From positions 87,023 to 151,022 of the forward strand of contig NZ_JBNGOP010000003.1 of NCBI RefSeq assembly GCF_050589625.1: a stretch of DNA of 64,000 nt, in the 5' to 3' direction. This DNA is from Maribacter sp. 2-571 (GTDB taxonomy: Bacteria; Bacteroidota; Bacteroidia; Flavobacteriales; Flavobacteriaceae). Shown piece after piece: positions 46,166 through 58,405 of the stretch. The stretch's first letter is position 1. Every line of letters begins with the position of its first letter. The translations under genes and the position numbers were made by a program. The notes beneath the pieces were generated by a model. It did not search any database and had not been told where the DNA came from. It saw nothing but the letters and a program-made list of their open reading frames with translations.

Positions 46166-49100
46166 TTGAACCAGAGCCTAACATACCTTTTTTTGTGTTT
46201 ATGTTTCGTATATGCGGAACAGTTAGTCGCACAAAATAGCCAGTTGCGCCCGTATACGATAGCCGAGGGCTTGCCCCAGTCGCAGGTGTACGATGTGGCA
46301 CAGGACGAAAAAGGGTTTTTATGGTTAGGAACCCAAGGGGGCGGCCTCGCAAATTTCGATGGCGAAACCTTTTCGGTATGGAACGAGAATGATGGACTGC
46401 TTTCCAACTATATCCATGCCCTGCACAGCGCCAACGATTCGGTGTTCGTTGGAGCCAACAGAGGACTTTCCATAAAAACAAAGCGTGGTTTTACCAATTA
46501 TGAAATTCCTTTAATACAGCAGTTCTATCGGTATAAAAACAACCTATATCTCGCAACACGAAAAGGCATATATGCCTATTCCCAAAAATCGGGACCCAAA
46601 AAAATACCGATACATCCTGAAATAGATGCCAGTAGCATCAACACCATTTATTTTGATGGGGACCATTTTTGGTTGGCCACCGATAACGGACTCTGGAAAT
46701 GCAATGCGTTGAACGCTACCGCCGGTGAAATCAGCAAATTGGAGTCCAATAATTTTACCGCGGTACTACAGCATAACAAAAAGATCATTGCGGCTACTTT
46801 TGATGATGGGGTGTTCGTTATGGATCAAGAAAACCCCAAGAATACGTTTCTGATGCCCGAGCCGCTCGGTGTCAACAGCATGTCCGTTTACAAAAACCAG
46901 TTATGGATGGCTACCCATAATGGAGTTTCGGTTATCGAAACCAAAAATTTTGATGTGGTAAAACAATTGCACACCGGTAACGGTTTGGCGGCACCCCACG
47001 TTCGAAAAGTGTTTTGCGATTCCCGAAACAATCTTTGGATCGCTACCTCCGGAGGGGGACTGTACAAGTACTTCCAAAACAATTTTGTGCATTATGACAA
47101 ACGCAACGGTTTAAAGGGAAACCGTATTTACGCGGTACACCGCGCAAAGGATGAGATCTGGTTGTCCAGCTCGGAGGCCGGACTTACAAAAATAGACTCC
47201 TCGGGCATACATCCGTTACCCAATAAAAACCCTTTTTACAAGGTAAAGATCAAGACCATTGCCAGTGACGCAAATGGGAACATCTGGGCCGGATCCGACG
47301 ATAGGGGCATCCTTTTCCGCGAAACAAAAACCACGGATAGTTTAGTGCTCCGATCCCGAAATTCCTTTCAAATTCAAATAGACACCATACCGGTAACCCG
47401 GACCACCGAACATAGTATTGACGAACGCAAGGGTTTTCCTTCCGACTGGATCCGAAAACTGGTCGTTGACGATGAATACGTATGGGCGGCTACCTATGCC
47501 AACGGAATTGTAAAGTTCAATTACTTTTCGGGCAATGACAGTCTGGTAATCCGCAAAACCTTCGGAAAACGGGAGGGAATGACCGATCTGCTGCTCAAGG
47601 ATATGGTAAAAGATGAAAGTGGTCGGTTATGGTTCTCCTCTCAGAACGGACATTTGGGCTATATTGAAGCGGGTAAGTTGACCATGCTCGATACGCCGCT
47701 GGAAGGGCTTACGGCCATAGGAACGGTGCGCTTCCATAACGACAGGTTGTTCCTCGGAACTTCAGGGAAAGGTATTTGGTATTCCAATAGCGGCACACCC
47801 GATAATTTTCAGCAACTCAAGGGTGCAAAAAACAGCGCTTCCAATAACATTTACCAACTTATTTTTGATGATGAAGGAAATTTATGGGCAGGCACCGAAA
47901 AGGGTGTGGATAAGATAGTGTTGAACGCCTCCAACGAAATTATGGAGGTATACCACTTTGGTAGGAACGATGGTTTTTTAGGGATAGAAACCTGTTTGAA
48001 CGCCGTGGACAAGGACGGGAAGGGCAACCTTTGGTTCGGTGCGATCTACGGATTGACCAAACACATCCCTAGTCAAAACACCAGAACATCCTTACCCCCG
48101 AGGGTTTATTTTACAGGGGTAGAAGAAGCGTATAAGGCCATTGACTCCATTGATCTGAGGCAATGGACCAACAGTAACAAGGTACTACAGCTGAACCCCG
48201 ATCAAACGCAATTGGGCTTTTCCTTCAGGACCGTAGACTTGGACCATCCGAACGCCATTGCATATCGTTTCAAGTTGGACGATAACGAATGGAGCCCTTG
48301 GAGCGCGTCGCGACAGCAAAATTTTGCCGGTCTGGCCTATGGGCCACATACCTTTTCCGTACAGTCCCGAAACCACAGCTGGGAAGAGAGCGACCCCATA
48401 GCGTTCCGCTTTTTTATCGATAGTCCGCTGTACAAGAAAAATTGGTTTCAATGGACCGTACTGGCATCGGTGCTTATGGTGCTATTAAGTTTGGTATGGT
48501 GGTACGTTCAAAAATTAAAATCCAAAAACAGGGCGGCACAGGCACGTTTGAAAACGCAAAATTACCTGCTCACCTTGGAGCAAAAAGCATTGCGCCTGCA
48601 AATGAACCCGCATTTTATTTTTAACGTGCTCAACGGAATCAAAGCGATGGCGACCGATAAACCGGAAAAAATGAATACCACCATAAACAGTTTTGCGGTG
48701 TTGCTTCGGGATACGCTAACCAATTCCCGAAAGGAAACGATTGCCCTGGACCAAGAAGTAAAAACGCTGGAACATTATATCGCTGTAGAAAAGTTAATGG
48801 CCCCAAAGCCGTTTACCCATTCCATAGACGTAAAAACAACGCCCGGTGCCGAGGAAATTTTGATTCCGCCAATGCTGATACAGCCTTTTGTGGAAAATGC
48901 CATCAGGCATGGCATACTAAAAGGAACTAGGGAAGGGGTATTGCAAGTAGCCTTCCATACCACCGATACCCATTTGCATTGCACGGTTTCGGATAACGGT
49001 ATGGGCATTTTTTCGTCCCAACAAAAAAAGGCGAAAACCGACCACCAGTCCATGGCATTGGTAGTAACAAAAGAACGTTTGGAGTCCATATCCGGAAAGG

Positions 49101-49192
49101 AAAGCTTACAGATCGATGAAGTAAAAAAAGAAGATGGGACGGTCGGAGGAACGCGCATTGCCTTTGCCATTCCCCTGGTGACCGACTTTTAA
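46166..49192 (+). CDS. Two-component sensor histidine kinase: periplasmic beta-propeller repeats and Y_Y_Y domain, TM helix, LytS/YehU-type His_kinase (PF06580-like) and HATPase
   Basis: Signal peptide; Y_Y_Y (AIAYRFKLDDNEWSPWS); TM (VLASVLMVLLSLVWWYV); H-box LQMNPHFIFNVLNGIKA; C-terminal GHKL ATPase. Confidence 0.8.
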   Translation: MNQSLTYLFLCLCFVYAEQLVAQNSQLRPYTIAEGLPQSQVYDVAQDEKGFLWLGTQGGGLANFDGETFSVWNENDGLLSNYIHALHSANDSVFVGANRGLSIKTKRGFTNYEIPLIQQFYRYKNNLYLATRKGIYAYSQKSGPKKIPIHPEIDASSINTIYFDGDHFWLATDNGLWKCNALNATAGEISKLESNNFTAVLQHNKKIIAATFDDGVFVMDQENPKNTFLMPEPLGVNSMSVYKNQLWMATHNGVSVIETKNFDVVKQLHTGNGLAAPHVRKVFCDSRNNLWIATSGGGLYKYFQNNFVHYDKRNGLKGNRIYAVHRAKDEIWLSSSEAGLTKIDSSGIHPLPNKNPFYKVKIKTIASDANGNIWAGSDDRGILFRETKTTDSLVLRSRNSFQIQIDTIPVTRTTEHSIDERKGFPSDWIRKLVVDDEYVWAATYANGIVKFNYFSGNDSLVIRKTFGKREGMTDLLLKDMVKDESGRLWFSSQNGHLGYIEAGKLTMLDTPLEGLTAIGTVRFHNDRLFLGTSGKGIWYSNSGTPDNFQQLKGAKNSASNNIYQLIFDDEGNLWAGTEKGVDKIVLNASNEIMEVYHFGRNDGFLGIETCLNAVDKDGKGNLWFGAIYGLTKHIPSQNTRTSLPPRVYFTGVEEAYKAIDSIDLRQWTNSNKVLQLNPDQTQLGFSFRTVDLDHPNAIAYRFKLDDNEWSPWSASRQQNFAGLAYGPHTFSVQSRNHSWEESDPIAFRFFIDSPLYKKNWFQWTVLASVLMVLLSLVWWYVQKLKSKNRAAQARLKTQNYLLTLEQKALRLQMNPHFIFNVLNGIKAMATDKPEKMNTTINSFAVLLRDTLTNSRKETIALDQEVKTLEHYIAVEKLMAPKPFTHSIDVKTTPGAEEILIPPMLIQPFVENAIRHGILKGTREGVLQVAFHTTDTHLHCTVSDNGMGIFSSQQKKAKTDHQSMALVVTKERLESISGKESLQIDEVKKEDGTVGGTRIAFAIPLVTDF

Positions 49193-49265
49193 AATGGTGT
49201 TTTTTCAAAGTTAAAGTGGTATAATGTAATTTTCAATATAGACCGATATAACAACTAGAAGCCCT

Positions 49266-50015
49266 ATGCTAACCGCCATTATTGTAGAAGACATGTCCGA
49301 TGCCCTTGCCCTTTTGAAAAAGGACATTGAAACCCGACATCCCGAAATCGAAATTATCGCAACGGCCCAAAGCGTGGTAGAAGCGGCGAAAGTACTACGG
49401 AAAAACCAACCGGATATTTTATTTTTGGACATTATGCTCGGCGACGGTACCGGTTTTGATGTGTTGGAAATTTTCCCGGAACTTACATCAAAGATTATTT
49501 TCGTCACGGCCAGTGATGAGTACGCCATACGGGCCTTTAAGTTTGCGGCCATCGATTATGTATTGAAACCCTATGATCAAAACGACCTTGGATTGGCCAT
49601 TGCGCGGGCAAAGGAACAGTTACGGCCCAACGGGGAACGTCTGCAAATACTAAAGGATACCATTTCGGCCCCGGAACAAAAGCCGGATAAAATATCGTTG
49701 CACACGCTGGATCAGATTATTATTGTAAGTCTTGACGATATTGTACGCTGTGCATCGGACAGCAACAATACCATTTTTCACCTACGGGACAAACGCAAGA
49801 TATTTGTCACCAAAACCTTAAAGTACTTCTCCGAAATGTTGAAGGCCTACGATTTTGTGCGCATTCACCAAAGTCACTTGGTAAACCTACAATACATTAG
49901 TGCCTATATAAAAACGGACGGGGGGTACCTCATGCTCAAAAATGGGGAGAACGTTCCGGTTTCCGTTCGAAAAAAAGCCGAGATCATCGATATTTTAGAC
50001 CGTATGCACCGGTAG
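49266..50015 (+). CDS. LytTR-family two-component response regulator
   Basis: REC domain (phospho-acceptor context ILFLDIMLGDGTGFD) plus C-terminal LytTR DNA-binding domain. Confidence 0.85.
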   Translation: MLTAIIVEDMSDALALLKKDIETRHPEIEIIATAQSVVEAAKVLRKNQPDILFLDIMLGDGTGFDVLEIFPELTSKIIFVTASDEYAIRAFKFAAIDYVLKPYDQNDLGLAIARAKEQLRPNGERLQILKDTISAPEQKPDKISLHTLDQIIIVSLDDIVRCASDSNNTIFHLRDKRKIFVTKTLKYFSEMLKAYDFVRIHQSHLVNLQYISAYIKTDGGYLMLKNGENVPVSVRKKAEIIDILDRMHR

Positions 50016-50501
50016 TTCTTGTAGAGCACACTAATGCCCTGTATCACCGTTTACAGATTACCTGTATTGTTCGTTTGGCGCCGACACCTGTATGAAAGCG
50101 AAGTCCTTTAATTACTAAAATGGAGCATCGCGCTTAGCATGGTATTTACTTTAGTAAACTCCTTTTGTGAGGCGCTACTATGTTAAACCCGCATTATGCA
50201 TTAAAAAATCTATTATAGCTTGAAGATGCTTCAAATCCTAAGCTTCGCAACATTTTCAAATTTAACCAGAGCGATGCTCTGCAAAAACTTGTAAAATGTT
50301 AGGCTTTATTGCATTTTCAACCTTCATAACGAAGTTTTAATACATAATCCGGGTTAAAATATCAGTTAAGGCGTTTTTAATCTCATTTTTGATCAACTAC
50401 CTCTAACTATAGTCAACTTGTATTGCTTTGGATTGGCCAACTTGCGCTCTAATACGAATGGTCCGGCATTGAGGTCGACTATAAACCCTAAAACTTTTAA
50501 A

Positions 50502-51344
50502 ATGAAAACAAAGAATTTACTTGTAATCGGTATGGCATTGTTCCTGGTAACGGCCTGCCAAAAAGAAGAAGAAACCCCAAGCGTGGAAACCGCTCAAGAA
50601 ACGGAGCTGACCGTAAAATATATTGCGGAGAATTATTATAACCCAGATTTAACGGAAGAAGAAAAGACAAAAGTGGCAAACGCATACCTTGAGCTAGATG
50701 TAGAGGAGATGAAAGCGTATTTTCAAATGAGGGCCGAAATCATGAAGGCTGAAGGTTCGGACACTAAAGATGTTGACGCAAAATTGGAGCTTTTACTTGA
50801 AGTGAACGATGAAATATTTCAGGAAACAGGTAAGTCATATAGCCAAGCAGATGTCGCTAAGGTCAGTGCGCGCTACTATGAAAAGCTAGTAGAAGCAAAT
50901 CTGGACGAAAAAGGGCAAGAGGTTGCTCGTAATTCATCTTGCAGTAATTGGTATAAAACGACAAACTGGCGCTTTTATAGGTACCAAGGTCCTGCAACGG
51001 CCGCACAATATCATGCTATGTACTTCGTAGGATTTCGGAATTTTGGTGGAAATTCTCCTGATTGCGATATGATGTTTCGATCGACGCGATATGTAGAGAG
51101 TCGCAGGACAAATTATTTGGTGGCCAGTACCGCGGCGGCAATGAATGCCATGACGGGAACTTTTCTAGGTATTTATAGCAAGAATGCCACGGAAGTTCTG
51201 GGAAGGGAAGTATGGTACAGTTCATCTAGAAGAAGCCTGTACGCAGAAGTAGGCATAGGAGCCGATAGAATTAACGTTAACTACCCCCTTGGAGGTGCGA
51301 ATACCTTTGCAAGACAGATTTGGGTAACTTCTTTTGCATACTAA
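50502..51344 (+). CDS. Hypothetical lipoprotein, paralogue A (start at MKTKNLLVIG)
   Basis: Lipobox LVTAC; shares its N-terminus, a helical middle region and a C-terminal region (FGGNS.DCD..FRS...YLVASTxxAxNAMxG...YxSSSRR) with 51817..52671. Confidence 0.6.
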   Translation: MKTKNLLVIGMALFLVTACQKEEETPSVETAQETELTVKYIAENYYNPDLTEEEKTKVANAYLELDVEEMKAYFQMRAEIMKAEGSDTKDVDAKLELLLEVNDEIFQETGKSYSQADVAKVSARYYEKLVEANLDEKGQEVARNSSCSNWYKTTNWRFYRYQGPATAAQYHAMYFVGFRNFGGNSPDCDMMFRSTRYVESRRTNYLVASTAAAMNAMTGTFLGIYSKNATEVLGREVWYSSSRRSLYAEVGIGADRINVNYPLGGANTFARQIWVTSFAY

Positions 51345-51816
51345 CATTTACCAAACGAAAGAGGTCCATTAGAAAGATTGTTGAAATATAGAAGTAGGGT
51401 TTTTATCAACTTGGTTTAAGCTGATAATAGCCCTATTTCGTTTGTTCTCCCGTGAGCATATTATTTTTCTGCATATGTTGCCTATGCATGTCCAAGGATT
51501 TTTCAATAGCGCTTTCTGGTTGTATGATAACTCAAACTCATAACGCTAAAGTAGCAACCCCTTTTCATACGTTTTAAGAACGTATCCGATTCATAAATCG
51601 GTGTTCCAATTTGAAGGAAATCCTATTGGCATGCAATTTTTTGGAGGGTGTTGGATGTTCGTTTCATCTTAAATTAATGGAACCCTCATTTAATCGCAAT
51701 TTTCAGAAAGGACCGTACATTTTTGTGAATGGTTGTTGCCGAATATTGAGAACCTTGCACCATAATCTAACTGGAACTGTACAGATTCCAAAATTGTAAC
51801 CCCTAAACTTTTAAAA

Positions 51817-52671
51817 ATGAAAACAAAAAATCTATTAATTATCGGCATGACAGTGTTCATAGCGGGCTCATGCCAAAAAGAGGAGGAAACGGTAAATATG
51901 GAAGCCGTGAACGACACGGAATACACGGTGAAGTACATTGCGGAAAACTACGACAATCCCGACCTGGATCGGGGCGAAATGAATGAAATTGCGGATGCAT
52001 ATCTGACCTTGGATAGTGAACAAATGAAAGAATTTTTTAAGTTGCGGGGTGAAATAATGAAGGGCCGTGGCATGGATGCTGCCGAAGTTGATACCCGGGT
52101 GGCCATGCTATTGGAGGTCAACAATAATCTACAGGAAGAAACTGGAAAATCGTACGCGCAAGCGCAATCTGAAAAACTAGGTACTGCATTCGATGGTGTC
52201 GCCACAGAGGAAAAGTACAAATCGGAAAACTTCGAAATGGGAAGAGGCGCCTATTGCCCTAGTGGAACATGGGATAATCGTGGGACGTATCCATTTTATA
52301 GATATAGACGCTCCTCTGTAGATAGATATACCAGTTATTATGGCATTGGATATGTAGGACGCGTCAATTTTGGGGGAAATTCCTCAGATTGCGACTTTTT
52401 ATTCCGTTCAAATAGTTACCCTGCTTCGAAAAGAGGGCAGTACTTGGTGGCCTCTACTTCAAGAGCAATAAATGCCATGCGCGGCTATGTACGAGGAATC
52501 TCCAATGGAAATGAAACAAAGGTGCCAGCAAAACAATATTATACAAGCTCTTCCAGAAGATTCATAAAATCTGAAGTTGGAGTAGGTTTTGGTAGAGTTG
52601 TTGGAAATTATCCATTCGGGGGCGCACCTGGTTTTGCAAGTGAAATTTGGGTCGCTACCAGGGATCAATAA
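51817..52671 (+). CDS. Hypothetical lipoprotein, paralogue B
   Basis: Lipobox IAGSC; paralogous to 50502..51344, and the ~45 nt upstream (aacccctaaacttttaaaaatgaaaacaaa) is also conserved. Confidence 0.6.
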   Translation: MKTKNLLIIGMTVFIAGSCQKEEETVNMEAVNDTEYTVKYIAENYDNPDLDRGEMNEIADAYLTLDSEQMKEFFKLRGEIMKGRGMDAAEVDTRVAMLLEVNNNLQEETGKSYAQAQSEKLGTAFDGVATEEKYKSENFEMGRGAYCPSGTWDNRGTYPFYRYRRSSVDRYTSYYGIGYVGRVNFGGNSSDCDFLFRSNSYPASKRGQYLVASTSRAINAMRGYVRGISNGNETKVPAKQYYTSSSRRFIKSEVGVGFGRVVGNYPFGGAPGFASEIWVATRDQ

Positions 52672-52761
52672 AACCATTCCGTATCTCCAAACAAAATGGA
52701 AAATTGATAAACTATGCGTTTATAAGAAGGGTTGTATCCGTTAGGTTACAACCCTTTTTTA

Positions 52762-54204
<1,443 letters not shown>

Positions 54205-54284
54205 CTACAGGAAGTCGGCGAACTGGCTTCTTTATGATTCCGGTACAAACTTCACATCTTTCTGCGCAATCATTTTGCGTAGTT

Positions 54285-54935
54285 ATGAAATACACTATCT
54301 TTAAGTCAAAGGATCAAATGAATTTGGAGCAAAGGTTTAGGTCATTACATACGATTTGGGTAACCGATGAAACTCGTGTAGATAACCTATGGATCGAGTT
54401 GACCAACAAGTATAACGAAACACATAGGCACTATCACAATCTGGAGCATATAAGGGCGTTGTTCGCTTATTATGATGACTATAACACCGAGTTAAAGTAT
54501 CCAAATGAGGTGGCTTGCGCCCTGTTTTATCATGATATTATCTATGATATATGGAGTAAAAAGAACGAGTTGAAGAGTGCGGAACTTGTGAGAGCCCATT
54601 TGGAATCATATCGGTTGAACGATAGCTGTATCGATCGTATTTGTAATCTTATTATGGTCACCAAAGATCATAAGCCCAAGGATAATGAAGATGAAAAATG
54701 GATGATCGACTTTGATATTGGTATTTTGGGTCGGTCTTGGGACCGATATCATGTATACACCCAACAAATACGAAAAGAGTATAGTGCCGTTCCCGGTTTT
54801 ATATATCGCAAGGGTAGGAAAAAGGTGCTTGATCACTTTTTGGAAAAGGATTTTATCTATAGCACCAAATTTTTCCGTGATCGATTTGAAATCAAAGCGC
54901 GGAGCAATATTAAAAAAGAACTAGAAACGCTTTAA
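54285..54935 (+). CDS. HD-superfamily metal-dependent phosphohydrolase (COG4339-like)
   Basis: H..H...HD-type motifs (HRHYHNLEHI...ALFYHDIIYD); divergent from the second RtcB gene. Confidence 0.6.
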   Translation: MKYTIFKSKDQMNLEQRFRSLHTIWVTDETRVDNLWIELTNKYNETHRHYHNLEHIRALFAYYDDYNTELKYPNEVACALFYHDIIYDIWSKKNELKSAELVRAHLESYRLNDSCIDRICNLIMVTKDHKPKDNEDEKWMIDFDIGILGRSWDRYHVYTQQIRKEYSAVPGFIYRKGRKKVLDHFLEKDFIYSTKFFRDRFEIKARSNIKKELETL

Positions 54936-54936
54936 A

Positions 54937-55956
54937 ATGGCCCTTAACAAAAATGCCCTTATCCGATACAAGACCATTGACAAGTGCCTACAGAACCGGT
55001 ATCGCCAATGGACGCTTGACGATTTGATCGAAGCCTGTTCAGATGCCCTATATGAGTATGAGGACAGGGATATCAATGTAAGCAAGCGTACCGTACAATT
55101 GGACATTCAACTGATGCGCAGCGACAAATTGGGGTATAATGCGCCTATAGAAGTCTATCGGAAAAAGTACTACCGTTATGCGGATGATGGTTTTTCCATC
55201 ACCAATATTCCCATAACGGAAAACGATATGGACGTACTTTCCGAAACGGTGGAAATGTTAAAACAGTTCAAGGACTTTTCGCTGTTTTCCGAACTGGGCG
55301 GTATCATTCAACGCTTGGAAGATACCGTGTATACCGAAAAGACCCACCAGTCGGCCATCATCCACCTGGACAAAAATGAAAACCTAAAAGGGCTACATTG
55401 GTTGGACGAGCTTTATCGCGCGATTCAAAAAAAGGTGGTATTGGATATCACCTACCAATCCTTTAAGGCGAAAAAGCCCAGTATTATTAAGTTCCATCCT
55501 TACTTGTTAAAAGAGTTCAATAACCGCTGGTTTTTGATCGGGGCCGATGATAAGGGCAAGGTTATCTTGAATTTTGCGTTGGATCGAATTCTGGCATTGG
55601 ACCTGGATTTTCAAACCGACTACGCTGTTGGTAATTTTGATGCCGATACCTTTTATATGGATGTGGTGGGTGTTACGGTAAACCGGGAAAGGCCTTCCGT
55701 GGTAAAGGTATGGGTCGATAAGGGCAACGCTCCATATGTGGTAACAAAACCCTTACACCACTCCCAGCGCGTTGTTAAGGAAAACGAGGACGGCAGCATT
55801 GAAGTTACGCTATTGGTAAAGCTCAACTACGAACTTGAACGGTTATTGTTAGGTTTTGGAGAGGCCTTGGAAGTATTGAAGCCCGAGCGGTTGCGGAAAC
55901 GAATTCGGATAAAACTGAATCGGGCGGCCACCCGTTATGGGGAAGATTTGCCTTAA
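54937..55956 (+). CDS. HTH plus WYL-domain transcriptional regulator
   Basis: N-terminal wHTH (DeoR-like); WYL-type motif region FHPYLLKEFNNRWFLIGADDKGKVILNFALDRILAL; C-terminal WCX-like region. Confidence 0.65.
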   Translation: MALNKNALIRYKTIDKCLQNRYRQWTLDDLIEACSDALYEYEDRDINVSKRTVQLDIQLMRSDKLGYNAPIEVYRKKYYRYADDGFSITNIPITENDMDVLSETVEMLKQFKDFSLFSELGGIIQRLEDTVYTEKTHQSAIIHLDKNENLKGLHWLDELYRAIQKKVVLDITYQSFKAKKPSIIKFHPYLLKEFNNRWFLIGADDKGKVILNFALDRILALDLDFQTDYAVGNFDADTFYMDVVGVTVNRERPSVVKVWVDKGNAPYVVTKPLHHSQRVVKENEDGSIEVTLLVKLNYELERLLLGFGEALEVLKPERLRKRIRIKLNRAATRYGEDLP

Positions 55957-56246
55957 ATTGCTTTTTATGAAATGAGCATAAACTTTTTTAAGCATACCCT
56001 ACCGAGATGATTAAAATAAGTTTATGCGAATTACTGAATTTGCAGAAATTTTTAGTTTCTTCATTTCCAGCAGACTACAAAATTTTAAAAAGATGAAAAG
56101 GATTAGTAAATGATGCGGTAAGATGCCGCTTCGCTTAGGATAAACCAAGAAGGAGGAGATCGGTCTACAGTGCAGTTGCCCTGTTTTGCCGGTATGTCAC
56201 CCTATCCATCGTTATTAAAGTTGCTACTTTTGAAAAAAGAAGTTCA

Positions 56247-57194
56247 ATGAACGCGCAAACCCTAATAGACTGCCACACCCGCATCAAACCCTACGTTCAT
56301 AATACCCAAGTATTGTCATCCCGTCTGATCAACAAAGAAGTAGGTGCCGAGGTATATTTTAAGTGTGAAAACTTTCAACGGGCCGGGGCCTATAAAATGC
56401 GCGGTGCTACCAATGCAATGCTACAATTGACCGAAAAGCAACGAAGCAAAGGGGTGGTTACCCATTCTTCGGGGAATTTTGCCCAAGCAGTGGCCTTGGG
56501 AGCACAAAGCTTGGGGATTACCGCCCATATTGTAATGCCCACCTCCGCGCCACAGGTTAAAAAAATCGGGGTGTTGGAATATGGTGGGCGTATTTATGAA
56601 TGCGAACCCACTTTGGAAGCCCGTCAGAACATGGCGGATACCATTGCAAAGGATACCGGTGCTACTTTTTTACACCCCTCAAATCAATTGAACGTTATTA
56701 TTGGTCAGGGCACCGCGGCAATGGAGTTGTTGGAAGAGCGCCCCAATTTAAATGCAATTTTTTGTCCGGTAGGCGGTGGTGGACTTATTGCAGGGTCGGC
56801 CCTTGCGGCACATTATTTTGGAAATGGATGCAAGGTGTTCGGAGGGGAGCCTTTTGAAGCGGACGATGCCTATCGCTCTTTGCAAAGCGGCATCCTGGAA
56901 GGTAACGAAACCACTAACACCATCGCAGACGGATTGCGGACCACCTTGGGCGATGTAAACTTTCCCATTATTCAACAACATGTTACCGGCATTGTTCGGG
57001 TTGCCGAGGAGGAAATCATTACCGCCATGCGCTTGGTGTGGGAACGTATGAAGATCATTATAGAACCTTCAAGCGCCGTCACCGTTGCCGCTTTGCTTCG
57101 CGAGCGATCGGTTTTTAAAAATCAAAAAGTGGGAATCGTTATTTCGGGCGGTAATGTAGATTTAGCTAACTTGCCCTTTCATGCGTCGCGTTAA
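56247..57194 (+). CDS. PLP-dependent threonine/serine dehydratase family enzyme (serine racemase-like)
   Basis: PLP-binding Lys context FQRAGAYKMRGATNA; GGGGL glycine-rich loop; 315 aa. Confidence 0.75.
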   Translation: MNAQTLIDCHTRIKPYVHNTQVLSSRLINKEVGAEVYFKCENFQRAGAYKMRGATNAMLQLTEKQRSKGVVTHSSGNFAQAVALGAQSLGITAHIVMPTSAPQVKKIGVLEYGGRIYECEPTLEARQNMADTIAKDTGATFLHPSNQLNVIIGQGTAAMELLEERPNLNAIFCPVGGGGLIAGSALAAHYFGNGCKVFGGEPFEADDAYRSLQSGILEGNETTNTIADGLRTTLGDVNFPIIQQHVTGIVRVAEEEIITAMRLVWERMKIIIEPSSAVTVAALLRERSVFKNQKVGIVISGGNVDLANLPFHASR

Positions 57195-58317
57195 AAAAAT
57201 ACTTCAAAAAATGGGATGGTTCTTATTGGGATTGGTGGTGTTTATAACCATTGCGACAGTACTCTTTATGTATATCAGTCCGCAATTTGGGGGTTCCCCG
57301 ACCAAAGCGGAAAAAGAACGTTATGCCCGATCTGAAAATTATACGGACGGCGTATTCGTAAACAGGAACAATGTTCAAATGGAAATGGGAATTGGAAAAA
57401 TGTTCAAAGGCCTAAAAGGCTATTTTGGCCCTACTCCCAATACACAACCTGACAAGGATGTAGCGGTCCAGAAAATTGACTCGGTTACCATAGCGGATTA
57501 CGAAGGGCCTACCCGTATGATCTGGTTTGGCCATTCGGCCTTTCTTCTTCAAATAAACGGAAAGAATTTACTTCTTGACCCCATGTTCGGAAAAGTGCCA
57601 GCACCCCATCCTTGGTTGGGAAACAATCGTTTTAGCACCGAATTGCCCATTGAAATAGAGAAGTTGCCCAAGATCGATGCAGTGCTCTTCTCGCACGATC
57701 ACTATGATCATTTGGATTATGAATCCATTCAATTGATCAAGGATAAAGTAGGTGTCTTTTATGTGCCCTTGGGCGTAGGGCCATACCTGAGAGATTGGGG
57801 AATAGCGGACAAAAAAATCATGGAGCTCGATTGGTGGGAGCAAACACCTTTCCAAGACCTAAAATTCGTATGCACACCGGCACAACACTTTTCAGGACGT
57901 GGATTTCGGGATCGAGGAAAAACCTTATGGAGCTCTTGGATCATAGCCTCTGAAACCGAAAATATCTTTTTTAGCGGCGATAGCGGGTATGGAGACCACT
58001 TTAAGGAAATCGGTAAAAAATACGGTCCCTTCGATTTTGCCATGATGGAATGCGGACAGTATAATGAACTGTGGAAGGAGATCCATATGATGCCGGAAGA
58101 GACCGCGCAGGCAGGCGTTGATGTTGGAGCAAAAAAAATAATGCCCATTCATTGGGGAGCTTTTAAATTAGCGATGCATCCATGGACGGAACCGGTAGAA
58201 CGGGTAACCCAAAAAGCGGCCGAATTGGGCGTGCCGGTAACGGTTCCGGAAATCGGGGAAGCTATCTATTTAAATACGGAACAGCTTTCCAAAAACGATT
58301 GGTGGTCCAAGTTCTAG
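57181..58317 (+). CDS. Membrane-anchored MBL-fold metallo-hydrolase (NAPE-PLD-like)
   Basis: N-terminal TM helix; HxHxDH motif (FSHDHYDHLD). Confidence 0.7.
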   Translation: MRRVKKILQKMGWFLLGLVVFITIATVLFMYISPQFGGSPTKAEKERYARSENYTDGVFVNRNNVQMEMGIGKMFKGLKGYFGPTPNTQPDKDVAVQKIDSVTIADYEGPTRMIWFGHSAFLLQINGKNLLLDPMFGKVPAPHPWLGNNRFSTELPIEIEKLPKIDAVLFSHDHYDHLDYESIQLIKDKVGVFYVPLGVGPYLRDWGIADKKIMELDWWEQTPFQDLKFVCTPAQHFSGRGFRDRGKTLWSSWIIASETENIFFSGDSGYGDHFKEIGKKYGPFDFAMMECGQYNELWKEIHMMPEETAQAGVDVGAKKIMPIHWGAFKLAMHPWTEPVERVTQKAAELGVPVTVPEIGEAIYLNTEQLSKNDWWSKF

Positions 58318-58405
58318 AACAAGTGTTTTTTAAATTCAAAAAGAACAAAGAGCCAAGTGGTCAGTAGTAGTGGGCAATAATCGACCAAATTTAGTTTATC
58401 CGTTT

